Below, piece by piece: positions 36,624 through 47,340 of a stretch of DNA of 64,000 nucleotides. Source of the DNA: Lama guanicoe. Taxonomy: Eukaryota. The notes below the pieces were generated by a model. That model did not search any database. It saw only the letters and a list, made by a program, of their open reading frames with translations, and had not been told where the DNA came from. The stretch covers positions 1,078,833 to 1,142,832 of the forward strand of contig MU053376.1 of NCBI GenBank assembly GCA_013239625.1. Direction: 5' to 3'. The translations under genes were made by a program, and so were the position numbers. Position 1 is the stretch's first letter. Each line of letters opens with the position of its first letter.

Positions 36624-38303
36624 CCTCAGCCTGGTGCCTCGAACAGAGTAAGGGACTAACCCAAGGCAATCACAACTCATCCTCCTTCCTGAGGTCAGGG
36701 GGATGTTCAAGGGCAGAACTGAGCAGGTCTTGGCCTCCAACTCCTGGAGACCCAGAAGCTCGAGAGCCTGTTTATTCCAGACACCTTTCCTCTAAGCCTC
36801 AGACAAAGCCCGCCCAGGCCCAAGGAGTCAGGACTGCTGAAACAGGACTGGAGGAGGCCTGCCTGGCTCAGCCGGCTGCCTCCACCCTGGTCCTGTGAGT
36901 AAATCAGTGTGTGGGGTCCTCCCTCCTCCAGACCATGGGCCCAGGTATGCACGCGGGGCTCAGCATCAGAAAGCCCAGGTCTGATTGGAGCCTCAGCCGC
37001 TTGGTGCTGGCAGTGAGGTCGTGGGCCTCTGTTTCTGTATCTGAAATAAGGATGCCTGGGGCTGCTCAAGTGGCAGGGCATTCGTGAGGCTCAGAGATGT
37101 CAAATGAGAATGTCTGCCCCCCACACCCCCAGATCTCTCCCTAGGGGAGACACCTGTCAGGATGCTGCTGGGCCACCTGGGGCCCCAGGGAGGGCTCCGA
37201 CCTGTTCAGTGATGGGGCTGGGGCTGGGCTCCAGAAAGTGGCCAGCAGTGGTCCCTCAGGCTGAAGGGTGGAAGCCAACCTCCTGATGGAGCTGGAAGGA
37301 GGAGGTTTGCCCTCTACCAGGCGTGCTGGGACAGCAGTGGGGAGGGAGGGGAGGCTGGGACTTGCCCCAACACATCCAGACCTGCCAGCAGGACCTGAGT
37401 CGGAAGGCAGTCCAGACTGGTGACAGCAGATCTGCCTCCCACACTTGGGCCCTCCCAGAAGAGCCCTCCCTTCCCGGCGGCCGATCCCTGTCTTTGGTTC
37501 CCCTGCCCTCCCAAGGCGAGCTGTCAAGATGAGGTAACCTGGGCCCAGTGGTGCTGGACAGGCCATCTCAGCCATGCCCCTGCCTCCAGACAGCCATCCA
37601 CCAAGTTGACTCTGCCTCCAAAAGTACATAGAGGAGATTCCACAAACTCTGGGTGCCTGGGCCCAGCTGCCCACCAACCTCCCAGCCTAAAGTTTCCGTG
37701 GTTGTCTTATTTTGGTCATTCTTGTAGCAATTTCAGCTCACTGCAGATAGGATGAAAGTAAACGCTTTAAAAAGATCTGGGTCTCTGGCAGGTTTGGGCG
37801 CTCTGTCCTCTGGGCTCCTCCAGCAAGGCTGAGTTGTCTCGGTACCACGCTCTGGGGTCCTTGTGTTCTTTTTCTAGTAGAGCTCAGCTCCCAGCACCCA
37901 GAGTTGAGGTGCCTGTGAGGAGGAGAGGATTGCCCAGGAAACTGGGCATTAAATAAACAAGCAAGAGACAAGTCATCAGTGCAGACCTGTTATGTGTCTG
38001 GCTGGTCCCCTCCTCCTCAGCTTCTCAGCCAGGCCAAGTGTAGAGGGATGTGAGAGGTGGCAGCCTGGATGCCGAGGAGGAAGGGGCTGGCCAGGAGCCC
38101 TGCTCCTTCCTCTCCATTTCCTCCTCTGCTGGTATTGGAGCTCTTGTCACACTCTGGCAGCCTGGAGTCCAGGTGTGTGACTCCTAAACCACCCTGCCCT
38201 AGGTTCAATTAAATTCAAGAAATGTGCTCTGTGCTAGGAACTGGGGACACACAAAAGAGCAAGACATGGTCTATGCCCTCATGGAGCATGCAGTCTAGTG
38301 GGG

Positions 38304-38356
38304 ACACACACTCATGCGCGTGCGTGCACACACACACACGCACACACGCACACACA
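38304..38356. repeat. Interrupted (CA)n/(GC/GT) microsatellite
   Basis: acacacactcatgcgcgtgcgtgcacacacacacacgcacacacgcacacaca. Confidence 0.8.
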
Positions 38357-40759
38357 AATGTGTGTGAGCACCTCTGACCCAGAGGCAGGAAGAGATAAAA
38401 GCTACATCAGGGGCTGGGGTGGGAGGTCCAGGGAGGGAGAGCTCCATTCTGATGGGGAGCTTCGGGGAGGCTTCGCAGAGCCCTGGAGGACGGGTAGAGA
38501 CAAGAGGGGAGAGTGTCCTACAGCAGGACGGTGTTGGTCAGATCCTGGGTTTGCAGGTGAGACAGAGGCCTGGGTCCATGGCTAGAGGGCATATGCAGTC
38601 GTTTCAAGCATCCGTGCTGCCCGATCCACACCCCAGAGGGCAGGACACCTGGGGAAGTGGCTTCTAAGGCCTCTCCCCACTTCTCATTGAAGGAATAGGG
38701 AGGGGGAAAGGAACCCCCATTCCAGGACTTCTGGGGCTTGGGGCCTACAGAGGGGTTGTTTGTGTTTGGAAGCAAAAAGGAAGGTGAGGGGTGCTTGGGG
38801 AGAACAAGGAAAGGACGGCCACTCTTCTCAGGAAGAGCTGGGACAATCCAGAAGTCTAGGGGCTTGGGGCTAACACTCAACTGCTGCGTGCTACGGAGCA
38901 AGTCAGGTAAGCTCTCTGGGCCTCAGGGTCTCCATCTCCACACAAATGGAGAATTCAGGATGGAGAGAATGACGAGGCAGGGAGTCTCTGGGAAATCCAG
39001 GTGTCTCGGAAGTGAACTCAAGGGCAGGCTCCCCACGTGGGGCAGGGGAGGCTTGGCTTGGGTGAGGGCCCGTGAGCAGGAACAGAAAGCGCTGACAGGA
39101 GCCAGGGACTTGCGTCCTAACCCCCCCGGGGGTCCTCACTGCTGGATGCCAGGCCGGGGGTGCATCTGGAGGTGAGTGACAGAGCCAGGTTGGCGCCAAG
39201 GGCTCTCGGGGGGGCTCCCTCTCACCCTCTCCTGGGGGTGGGGCTAAAGACGAGGGATATGCCAGGGGTCCCTTCTCCGCTTGGCAGCTGTAAGATTAAA
39301 AAGGAGGTAGCTTCCACGCACAGCCATCATCTGCTCACGTATGACTTAAGGGTGTGGGGAGGCCCCACCTCGGCCCAAAGTCATGGCGATATTAATCCCT
39401 TTTTCTGTCCAGGACCTCACAGATAACAAATGCTTTTTGTGTGCACAGATTCATTTTTTCTCCACCATAACACTTGTGGGTGGCTGGAGAGGGGTCATTA
39501 GAGTCCATTTTACAGACAGCAACCTAGTCTCAGAAAGATGAGGGGAACTTACTCATGGATACAGCTGGCACACGGCAGAGCCAGGACAAACCCAGGCTTG
39601 CTGACAACGCTGCTTCCGTAACTGAAGCCTCACACCCACAGGTTAAGCGTTGCTTCTTACATGTACAAATGTAGGTGCCCCTGTGGGGTGGGGGGTAAAC
39701 GCTGAGCCATTCACATCTTAGTATGAATTAGTTTATCCCACTGGACACTTTCTTTACTCTGCCAGAGAGAGAGAAGTTTAAGGTTTGGGAGGTTGAGAAA
39801 AAGACACTTTCAAAGAGGCAGAAAGGGAAAACAAAATTTCTACAAATTCCACTGACTCTATTTTTCCCCAAAGCTGAGTCCTTCGAGGCACGGAGCTTAA
39901 TGCCAACTCGAGAGGGAACAGGCTGGGAGAGTCCAAAGAAACAATTTATTCATCTGTTCATCAAACCTGTGTGAACATCTGCTTATGTAAGAGATGAAGG
40001 ATACTGAGGTGAACTAGACGAACTCTTTCTCTCTGAACATCTTGAAATTTATCCCGAAAGACAGAGATAAAAATAGACAAATAAAAATAGAGCTTGGTAA
40101 CTGCAAAACCGGAGTTATGATCTAAGAAAGAGCAGCTAACCGCCGGAGGGGAGCTGGATTAGCAAAGTTCTCTTCCCTCGATGACACATCTTTCATCACA
40201 CATTTTTCACCCATCCTAGTGCCTCGTAAGCCTTCCAGCCAGACAGTCCTTTTTGTTACCTCATTTAGGTCCTTCTTGCCCAGCCATGCCCAGTATACCT
40301 GGCCATGCCATGTGATCCCAGCCTGTGACCTCTGCAGCTAGGTGAAGGGCCGTGAGGCCTTTAGGGAATCTCTGGCCAGCACTCCCATTATACAGATAAG
40401 GAAACTGAGGCCCGGCAAGGGGTGGTGACTTGCCAGAGATCACCACAGCGAGTGGCGCTGAGCCTGGGCTGTCACCTGCAGGTGTCCACACCATGACACA
40501 CCCAGCTGGAGGGGTTTCACTGAGGAAGACCTGTGCTCTGTGCGTGGTCAGAGAAGGAAGGTGAGGTGGTTGCAGTAGGCAGAGGGGGCCCTGGCCCCGC
40601 CCTGACCAGAGGAATCTCTGAAGCCAGGGAGGCGAGAGGAGGCAGGGAGACAGCAGTCACTGGGAGGGGCTCCGATGGTGACGGGGACAGCAGGCTGGCT
40701 TCAAAGGCCAGCATCATCGTCCACAGCCTGTCTTGTTGAACCCTCAAAAGCCAGGCCTA

Positions 40760-40920
40760 TTTCAAATTAAATGTGAATTAGTCCAAATTCGATAAAGTTA
40801 AAAATTCCTTTCTTCAGCTGCACTAGCTCTATTTCAAGGGCTCGGGAGCCACACGTGGCTGGCGTCAGCTGCACTAGACAGCACAGACGGAGCCCCTTTC
40901 CATCGTGGCCGGACTGCTGC
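40760..40920. mobile_element. MER3/MER33-like hAT-Charlie fragment
   Basis: aaaaattcc...cagctgcactagc...atttcaagggctc...agccacacgtggct...gacagcacagac...tttccatc. Confidence 0.65.
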
Positions 40921-41086
40921 TCCCGACACTTTACGTATGTAATCTCACTTTAATAATATTTTTCTGAGTATTGTTAATACATAGAAAATTTAACAAGGGA
41001 ACTCAAATCATAGGTGATCTCCTCCACCCACTATTACTGTTTGACTTACAGCCTTTCAGTCTATTCTTCCTTTAAAAGAAAATTCA

Positions 41087-41203
41087 GGGGGAGGGTATAG
41101 CTCAAGTGGTAGGGTGCACGCTAAGTGCCTCTAAAACTAAATCAATTAATACACCTAATTACTTCCCCTTCCAACCATCCACAAAAGAACAAGAAACAAT
41201 TTA
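41087..41203 (+). mobile_element. tRNA-Ala-derived SINE, copy 4 (B-box region deleted)
   Basis: Intact head, then jumps to the CCTAATTAC body; flanking repeat ttaaaagaaaattca at 41072-86 and 41204-18 (TT/AAAA L1 endonuclease site). Confidence 0.8.
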
Positions 41204-41277
41204 TTAAAAGAAAATTCAATTAATGCACAGTCGGTGCAAAAAGTGCAAACCGTACAGGAGCATGGAGGGTAATTAAC

Positions 41278-41385
41278 CTTTTTTTGTGGGGGGGAGGGGT
41301 AATTAGATTCATTTGCTTTTGAGGAGGTACTGGGGATTGAACCCAGGTCCTTGTGTGTGCTAAGCGTGTGCTCTCCACCCCCGAG
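41278..41385 (-). mobile_element. tRNA-Ala-derived SINE, copy 5 (5' end degraded)
   Basis: GGAGGTACTGGGGATTGAACCCAGG...GTGCTAAGC is the reverse complement of the SINE core; ends approximate. Confidence 0.75.
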
Positions 41386-41804
41386 GGAAAACTCTTGTCC
41401 CAGAGGATAGCTGTCAGCAGCTTGGCATATACTCCTCCTGAGTCTGGGTTGTTGAGTCTGGGTTTCCCTCAGCCCCACCCTCTCAGGGACACTGCCGGGC
41501 TGCCTTAACCACAGAATCTCCGTTTCTCTGGCCCTTGCCCTCATCCGCCTTCCAGAAGACTTCCAGTCCCTCCCCTTCCACTCCCCCAAAGCGCCACAGG
41601 CGCAGCTGAGGGTCCTCAGGGTGGGTTCCTGGGCTCAGCAGCCTCTGCTTCGGACCGAGAAGCCCCTCTCTCCTCTTCCATCCCCCAGCCTGTCCCCTGC
41701 TCCCTGCAACACATCAGGGCCTGGGGAAAGTGCTCTAGGTCCTTTTATCTCATTCACCGCATCATTTCTTCCAGCCATCCTGGGAGGCAGCAGCGGAAGA
41801 GCAG

Positions 41805-42150
41805 GGTGGTCCAGAGCACAGACCCTGGGATCAGACAGTCAGGGTTCCGCCCCAGCTCTGCCACTCAGTTCATCAGGATTCCCGGCATCCTGCACTACAG
41901 ACTTAACCTCCCAGGGCCTCAGTTTTCTCATCTGAAGGTTGGGGATATCTACCTCAAATTGTTGCTGTGAGAGTTAAATGAGTTAACATACTTAAAATAG
42001 TTGTAACACAGTTTACATTTCGAGATAGTAATTACTGTCATTTTGCAGATGAGAAAGCCGAGGCTCATAAAGATCTCGGTATCTCTCAGAGTCCTGCAGG
42101 CGGGAGGTGGCAGGAACCAGAGTTCTAATCTGTGCCTGTCTGATTCCAGA
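41805..42150. mobile_element. Two adjacent MIR fragments (+ then -)
   Basis: cttaacctc...cctcagttttctcatctg...ttaaatgagttaa, followed by cattttgcagatgagaaagccgaggctca. Confidence 0.6.
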
Positions 42151-43429
42151 GCCCACGCTGCTGTCCCCACAGGACAATCCCTTTCTTAACCTCGTCCGTA
42201 AGCTCCACAACACCTTCAGATGGGTCCAAAGAGAAACCAAGAAGCAAGGGAGGCAGCAGAACTTCAAGGTGGCCCTAAACCTCAGACTTTTCCAGAGTCA
42301 GAGGCCTGCCAGGCCCAGGGGGCAGCGGGGGTCCTGCCTCCCCCAGCACTGCAGACTGGGAGTCTGGCTGCTTGTGTCCGCTCTCTGCGGGCCTCAGCTT
42401 CCCCACGTACATAACAACCCTGATAGTCTGTCATTCTGCGCCTCTGTGACCTCCAACCCCAGGAGACGTCAGGGACCCAGACTCGACTAAAGGCAGGAGG
42501 CAAGCCCTGCCCCTCAGACCAGACCAGGCCCTCACTCAGACCAGCTGCCTCACTCTCCCTAGGCTCCCCTGGGGCCCTAAGGTGGGGCGCTGGGCTCGAC
42601 AGGCCTGCTTGGTGAGAGCAGGTTTGGAAAGAGGTTTAGGAAGGGTGTGACCAGGAGGGTGCGCCTCACAGGCTCAGGTGTGGTCACTAGAGAGGGGACA
42701 CACCTGCCAGCTTCCTTGGCTGTGCCAGACAGAGCCAGGCAGCTTCTCCCCCAGGCCGGGCCTCTGGACTCTGCTGTGTGACCACCCCGAGCCCTTAACA
42801 AAGAGTGAGCGGAGTTGGACATCGTCCTCCTCAGCATCCATCTGAGGCAAGCTCACCAGCCTTGCCCTGCTAGGTGGTGGGCCAGGAGGCCCCCAGAGCT
42901 GTGAGGACAGGAGTGGGAACCTGCCCTCACAGGCCCAGCTGGCCAGAGGCCTTGTCTCCCCCAGCCACCCTCCCCCAGAGGGAGCAAGAACAGACAATGG
43001 CCATGGGTGACTCACCAATGAGCCATCTTCCCATCCCCGCCCCTCTGGCCTGGCCTAGGACAGCCCAGCTTGTCCGCCAAGAGGGCTGGAGACCAGCCTT
43101 TCTTGCCACCAGCCTCTTCTCTCCTCACCCAGCCCAGCTCCCTGCTCCATGCAACACCTCAGGGTCCATGGAGGGAGGGATTTGATCACAGCTGATCCAA
43201 GCAGTCAGAGAAGACTCCTTTGTGAAGGCAGACAGAAGCCACGGGCGCCCAGATCTGGCCTGCTCGTCCCTGTCCTGCTCTTCCCTGTCCTGCCCCTTCT
43301 CCCCTCTACAAGGCAACACCCACTCTCCCTGAGTCCCCAGGAAAGAGTGGTCATTGTCCTTTCTTCATCTTCTTCTGGGATAGAGCTTGGACCATGCAAT
43401 TTACTCCCTTCCAAAAGACCAAAAATGGG

Positions 43430-43960
43430 GAGCAGTGGGGAGTTCCAGTCCATTCACTCTGTGAAGGACAGAGTTCACTGTTAGAAAATATTTCCTTTTG
43501 CTGAGTTAATATCTGCCTCCCTTATAATCCACTAAACAGTACTTCAAAAACTTGATGTTTTGCTGAATTAATATCTGCCTCCCTTATAATCCACTAAACA
43601 GTAAAGAACTTAATGTTCACTCCCAATCTCCATTTAGTCTATAATTCTTGACTCTGAGCCAAATACCCTCGGTTCTTTCAGTCATTCCTCCTAAGACTGG
43701 TTTCAAGACATTTTGACAGCTTGGACTATGTCCTCTGGAAACATTTCACTTTACCTGCATTCTTCTTCTAACATGGTATCTAGAATGGGGTCAGGCATTC
43801 CAGCCAAAATCAGGCAAGCATAGAGAACAGTACTGAACTATTGCCTCCCAGACTTTGGCACAATGTAGATTCCATGAGCTCTGTTGTCTTGCTGGCCGAC
43901 ACTGAACTTGGGCTCAGCAAACACCTCTTTGGCGTTTTTGAACCCCATGAGGCTGTTTAG
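43430..43960. mobile_element. L3/CR1-like LINE relic
   Basis: actgttagaaaatatttcc, ttctttcagtcattcctc, tcctctggaaacatttca...cttcttc...catggt..ctagaa pattern resembling CR1/L3; by eye. Confidence 0.45.
43496..43603. repeat. Tandem duplication, 62-bp period
   Basis: ttttgctga(g/a)ttaatatctgcctcccttataatccactaaacagta at 43496-43541 and 43558-43603 (45/46 identical). Confidence 0.9.
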
Positions 43961-46331
43961 CCACGTCCATGATAAGCAGGTATGCAGAGATGACCCAGCC
44001 TGCATGACTGTTGCCTCCAAAGATTTGAAAGCGCCTCTGGCTGCCTGGGGTGGGCTCCCCAGCAGGTGACCCCCATGGATGAAGCCCAAGGCTCAGGCAC
44101 GGCTCTAAAATGGGTTTTCACTTGTGGACTCCCTTGAGGGTCTGATGAGAAAGTCTGCATCCTCCTCCCAGAAAGTGTACCTATTCAAAACACCTGCAAA
44201 TAACGCCAGGACTCCCTACAGAACAGCCGGACCCCAGGTTAGGAATCCCCATCTGAAAGATGGTTCCTGAAAAATAAACTCTGAGATAGCCTCCCTGTTC
44301 TAACTGTGGGGGCCAAAGTCACAGCCTCTCACGCCCGTGCTGTGTTTTGCAGCTCCCAAAGCACGCTCACACGGATTGCCTCAGGTGGACCTGAGAGTAC
44401 AGGTTATAACTGAACAAATAGGAGGTCAAGGCCTTGTGACTTGACCAAGGTCACACAGCCAATCTGGGCAGAGTCAACACTCTCCTACCCACTTGGGGCC
44501 TCAGAGGAGCCCAACAGTCTGCCCGCCAGGGGGGAAGACACAGCAGAGAATTGGCTGCACTTGGCCGTGGGGGAGACCAGTCCTGGCCAGTCCTGGCCGT
44601 GCCCAGCGGGCTCCTGCCGCTGCTCCGCGCAGGCACACCCAACCTGCCTCCTTGCTGAGCTGTGCTTCTAGCAGCTTCCCTCCTGGCAAAGCATAGAGAG
44701 GCCAAGCTGCCAGGCTGTGGCTTGTGGGTGGGGAGGACATGCACAGAAATCAAGCCTGGAGCCTGAACCCCAGGAACCCGGGGACAGAGAAAGCCCTGGA
44801 CGGCCAGCTCACTCCCTCCATGAAGCCTTCCCCCTTGTCCCGTGGTGGAGCGCTTGCTCCAGCCCTGTGTTCACAATCCACTCAGGCACCATCTGGTCAC
44901 TATATGACCCCTGTAACGACTGTGTCTCTAGCAGGCCGGCGCTTGGGACTCTATCTCACCCTGGCCCCTGGCAGTAGGGCTCAATCCACGTTCATTCGGT
45001 AAGCTCTAAACACCAGAAATGACGGACTGTCTTTTGTCTCTGCTTGCTCTGTGACTTCCAGCTGGATCCAAAACCTCCATGGCCAAATAAGGCCAGACCC
45101 CCTCTCCCACTCCCCCTTTAACGGGAAGCAAATAATGGCCTTTGAAACCCTCACAAGAAGCATCTAACGGTTTTTCCCAGGCTGTGATGGGTGAAGGAGA
45201 AGGTTCAGGAAAGGAAACTCATTTTTATGTCTTTCCCCCAACTGGATTATTTTCCTTCGCTCCAAACAATTGGCAAAGATGTCTGGGTGGAGAAGGGGTC
45301 TGGAACTTGGATACTTGCTCCGCAGGCAGCTGGGTGGGTCTCCATCCTCAGCTGGTTTGCAGCCTGGGCTAGGGCTGGAGGTTACTGAGGGAGGGGCTCA
45401 GGTTTGCAGTGGGTAGGTTGCTGCTCAGGCTTTTGATCGTGAACTCTCATCACAATGAATTCATAAAGTCATGTTGGTTTTATGCATCTGTCTCCACTGG
45501 ATTTCCAGGCTCTGGGCAGGAAGAATTGTATTTTATTCAATTCAGGATCCTCAGGGCTGGATACAATGCCAAGCACACAGTAGATGCTCAATATATGTTA
45601 ACGGCAGTGGGGAAGTACTGCAACCTCCCTGTCAGTCTTATTTCTGGGGCATCCTTGCCTCTCTTAAAAGAAAGAGCTTCTGAGAGCTTCCCCGTGCTGA
45701 TGGGAGAAGGGACCTCTCACTGGCCTCCATTCTTTTAGGGGGAGGGGTGCGCCCTTCTCCCCTGGGCTGCTTCTGAAACCCAGGTCTTTGTCTCTGTTTA
45801 TTTCTAGCCCCAAATGTGCATCTTAGGTTTTCCTGCCACCTGGCCTGAAGCCCCAGCGGGCCCAGCTGTACCTCCGCACAGCTCCACCCAGACATCGAGA
45901 TTTACCCCCTGGCTTCCTGACGGCTCTCACCCCTATGACAACCATAATTATTTTTAGCACAGCGCAGGGATAGCTGAATGACCTCACTGCCTCATGTATT
46001 TGACATCCTCCAGAGACCTCAGTCCTCCCCTGCCCCCACCAGCCTTTACCCACCCAGTGTCACTTCCTGCTTTTAATAACAACACCAATGCTGGGTTTCG
46101 CTTTCCACTGCTTTTGCTCATCCTCCGGCTGCCTGGGTTTCTTGAGGGGTCAGGGAATCTTGGGCCCAGCTCAGGGAAGATCCTTGGAACCTCTAGCCCT
46201 AAGCATTTAGTGCCCTCAGACCTGTTCACTTTTCTAAAAGCTTCCAGGTTGAAAATTTCTCCATCCTTTCCTGGATCAGGATCCCAACATCTGACCGAAG
46301 TTCTCAGCCTAATCTAGGTCTTCCCTGCTGT

Positions 46332-46512
46332 TAGGGTTGCCAGACTTAGCAAATAAAAATACAGAACCCCCATTCAGATCCGAACTTCAGGTCAACGGCA
46401 AGTCATTTTTTTAGTTCAGCCTGTCTCAGGCTATATTATACTAAAAAATTACTTGCTGTTTATCCGAAATTCAGATTTAACTGGGCATCCTGTATTTTAG
46501 CTGGCAACTCTA
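46332..46512. mobile_element. Palindromic hAT MITE, MER53-like
   Basis: TIRs tagggttgccag / ctggcaactcta (11/12 match), perfect 8-bp TSD cctgctgt (46324-31, 46513-20), long internal inverted repeat. Confidence 0.85.
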
Positions 46513-46919
46513 CCTGCTGTTTTCCTTCTCAGCAGAACAACAGTTTTTAAATGTTTTGGTCTCCGGATCCATTTACACTCTAAAAACTTGTTGAGGACAC
46601 TCCAACTGCTTTCACGTCGGTGAGTTGATGTTTACCGTATTAGAAATTAAAACAGAAATTTAAAAATATTTATTAATTTATTTTAAAATAACAGTTCAAA
46701 AAAGTAACAGTAATAACTCATGTTATATATACAAAACCTTTCAACAAAAATAGTTATATTTCCCAAAACAAAAGAAAATTAGTGAGAAGAGTCGCGTTGT
46801 TCTACATTTTTTGCAAATGTCTTTAATGTTTGGCTTAATGAAAAAGAGATTGACTCTTTTCTTAAAATTAAAAAATGCAATTGTGGTAAAAGAAATACAT
46901 AACAAAGTTTTCCATCTTA

Positions 46920-47340
46920 GACCTAGAGATCATCACATTAAGTGAAATAAGTCAGACAGAGAAAGACAAATGTCATATGATATCACTTACATGTGAAATC
47001 TAAAAAAAAGATGTGAAATTTAAGAAAAAGATACAAACCAGAAATAGACTCACGGACATAGAAAACAAACTATGATTACCACAGGGGAAAGAGGGGGAAG
47101 GGATAAATTAGGAGTTTGGGATTAACATATACACACTACTATACGCAAAATAGATAAACAGCAAGGACCTACTGCTCAGCACAGGGACGTACTGCTCAGC
47201 ACAGGGACGTATATTCAATTTCTCATAACAAGCTATAATGGAAAATAATCTGAAAATATATGTGTATACATATGTATAACTGAGTCACTTTACTGTACAC
47301 CTGAAACTAACATTGTAAATCCGCTACACATCAATAAAAA
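46920..47340 (+). mobile_element. 5'-truncated L1 3' end (younger, artiodactyl-type)
   Basis: gacctagagatcatcacattaagtgaaataagtcagacagagaaagacaaa (end of ORF2/3' UTR) through catcAATAAAaa; flanked by ccatctta on both sides. Confidence 0.8.
47171..47210. repeat. Perfect 20-bp tandem duplication inside L1
   Basis: actgctcagcacagggacgt x2. Confidence 0.95.

Noticed and set aside
43496..43603. Repeat-spacer-repeat pattern superficially like a CRISPR array
   Set aside because: Only two units, related spacers, mammalian context, no cas genes; a simple tandem duplication.
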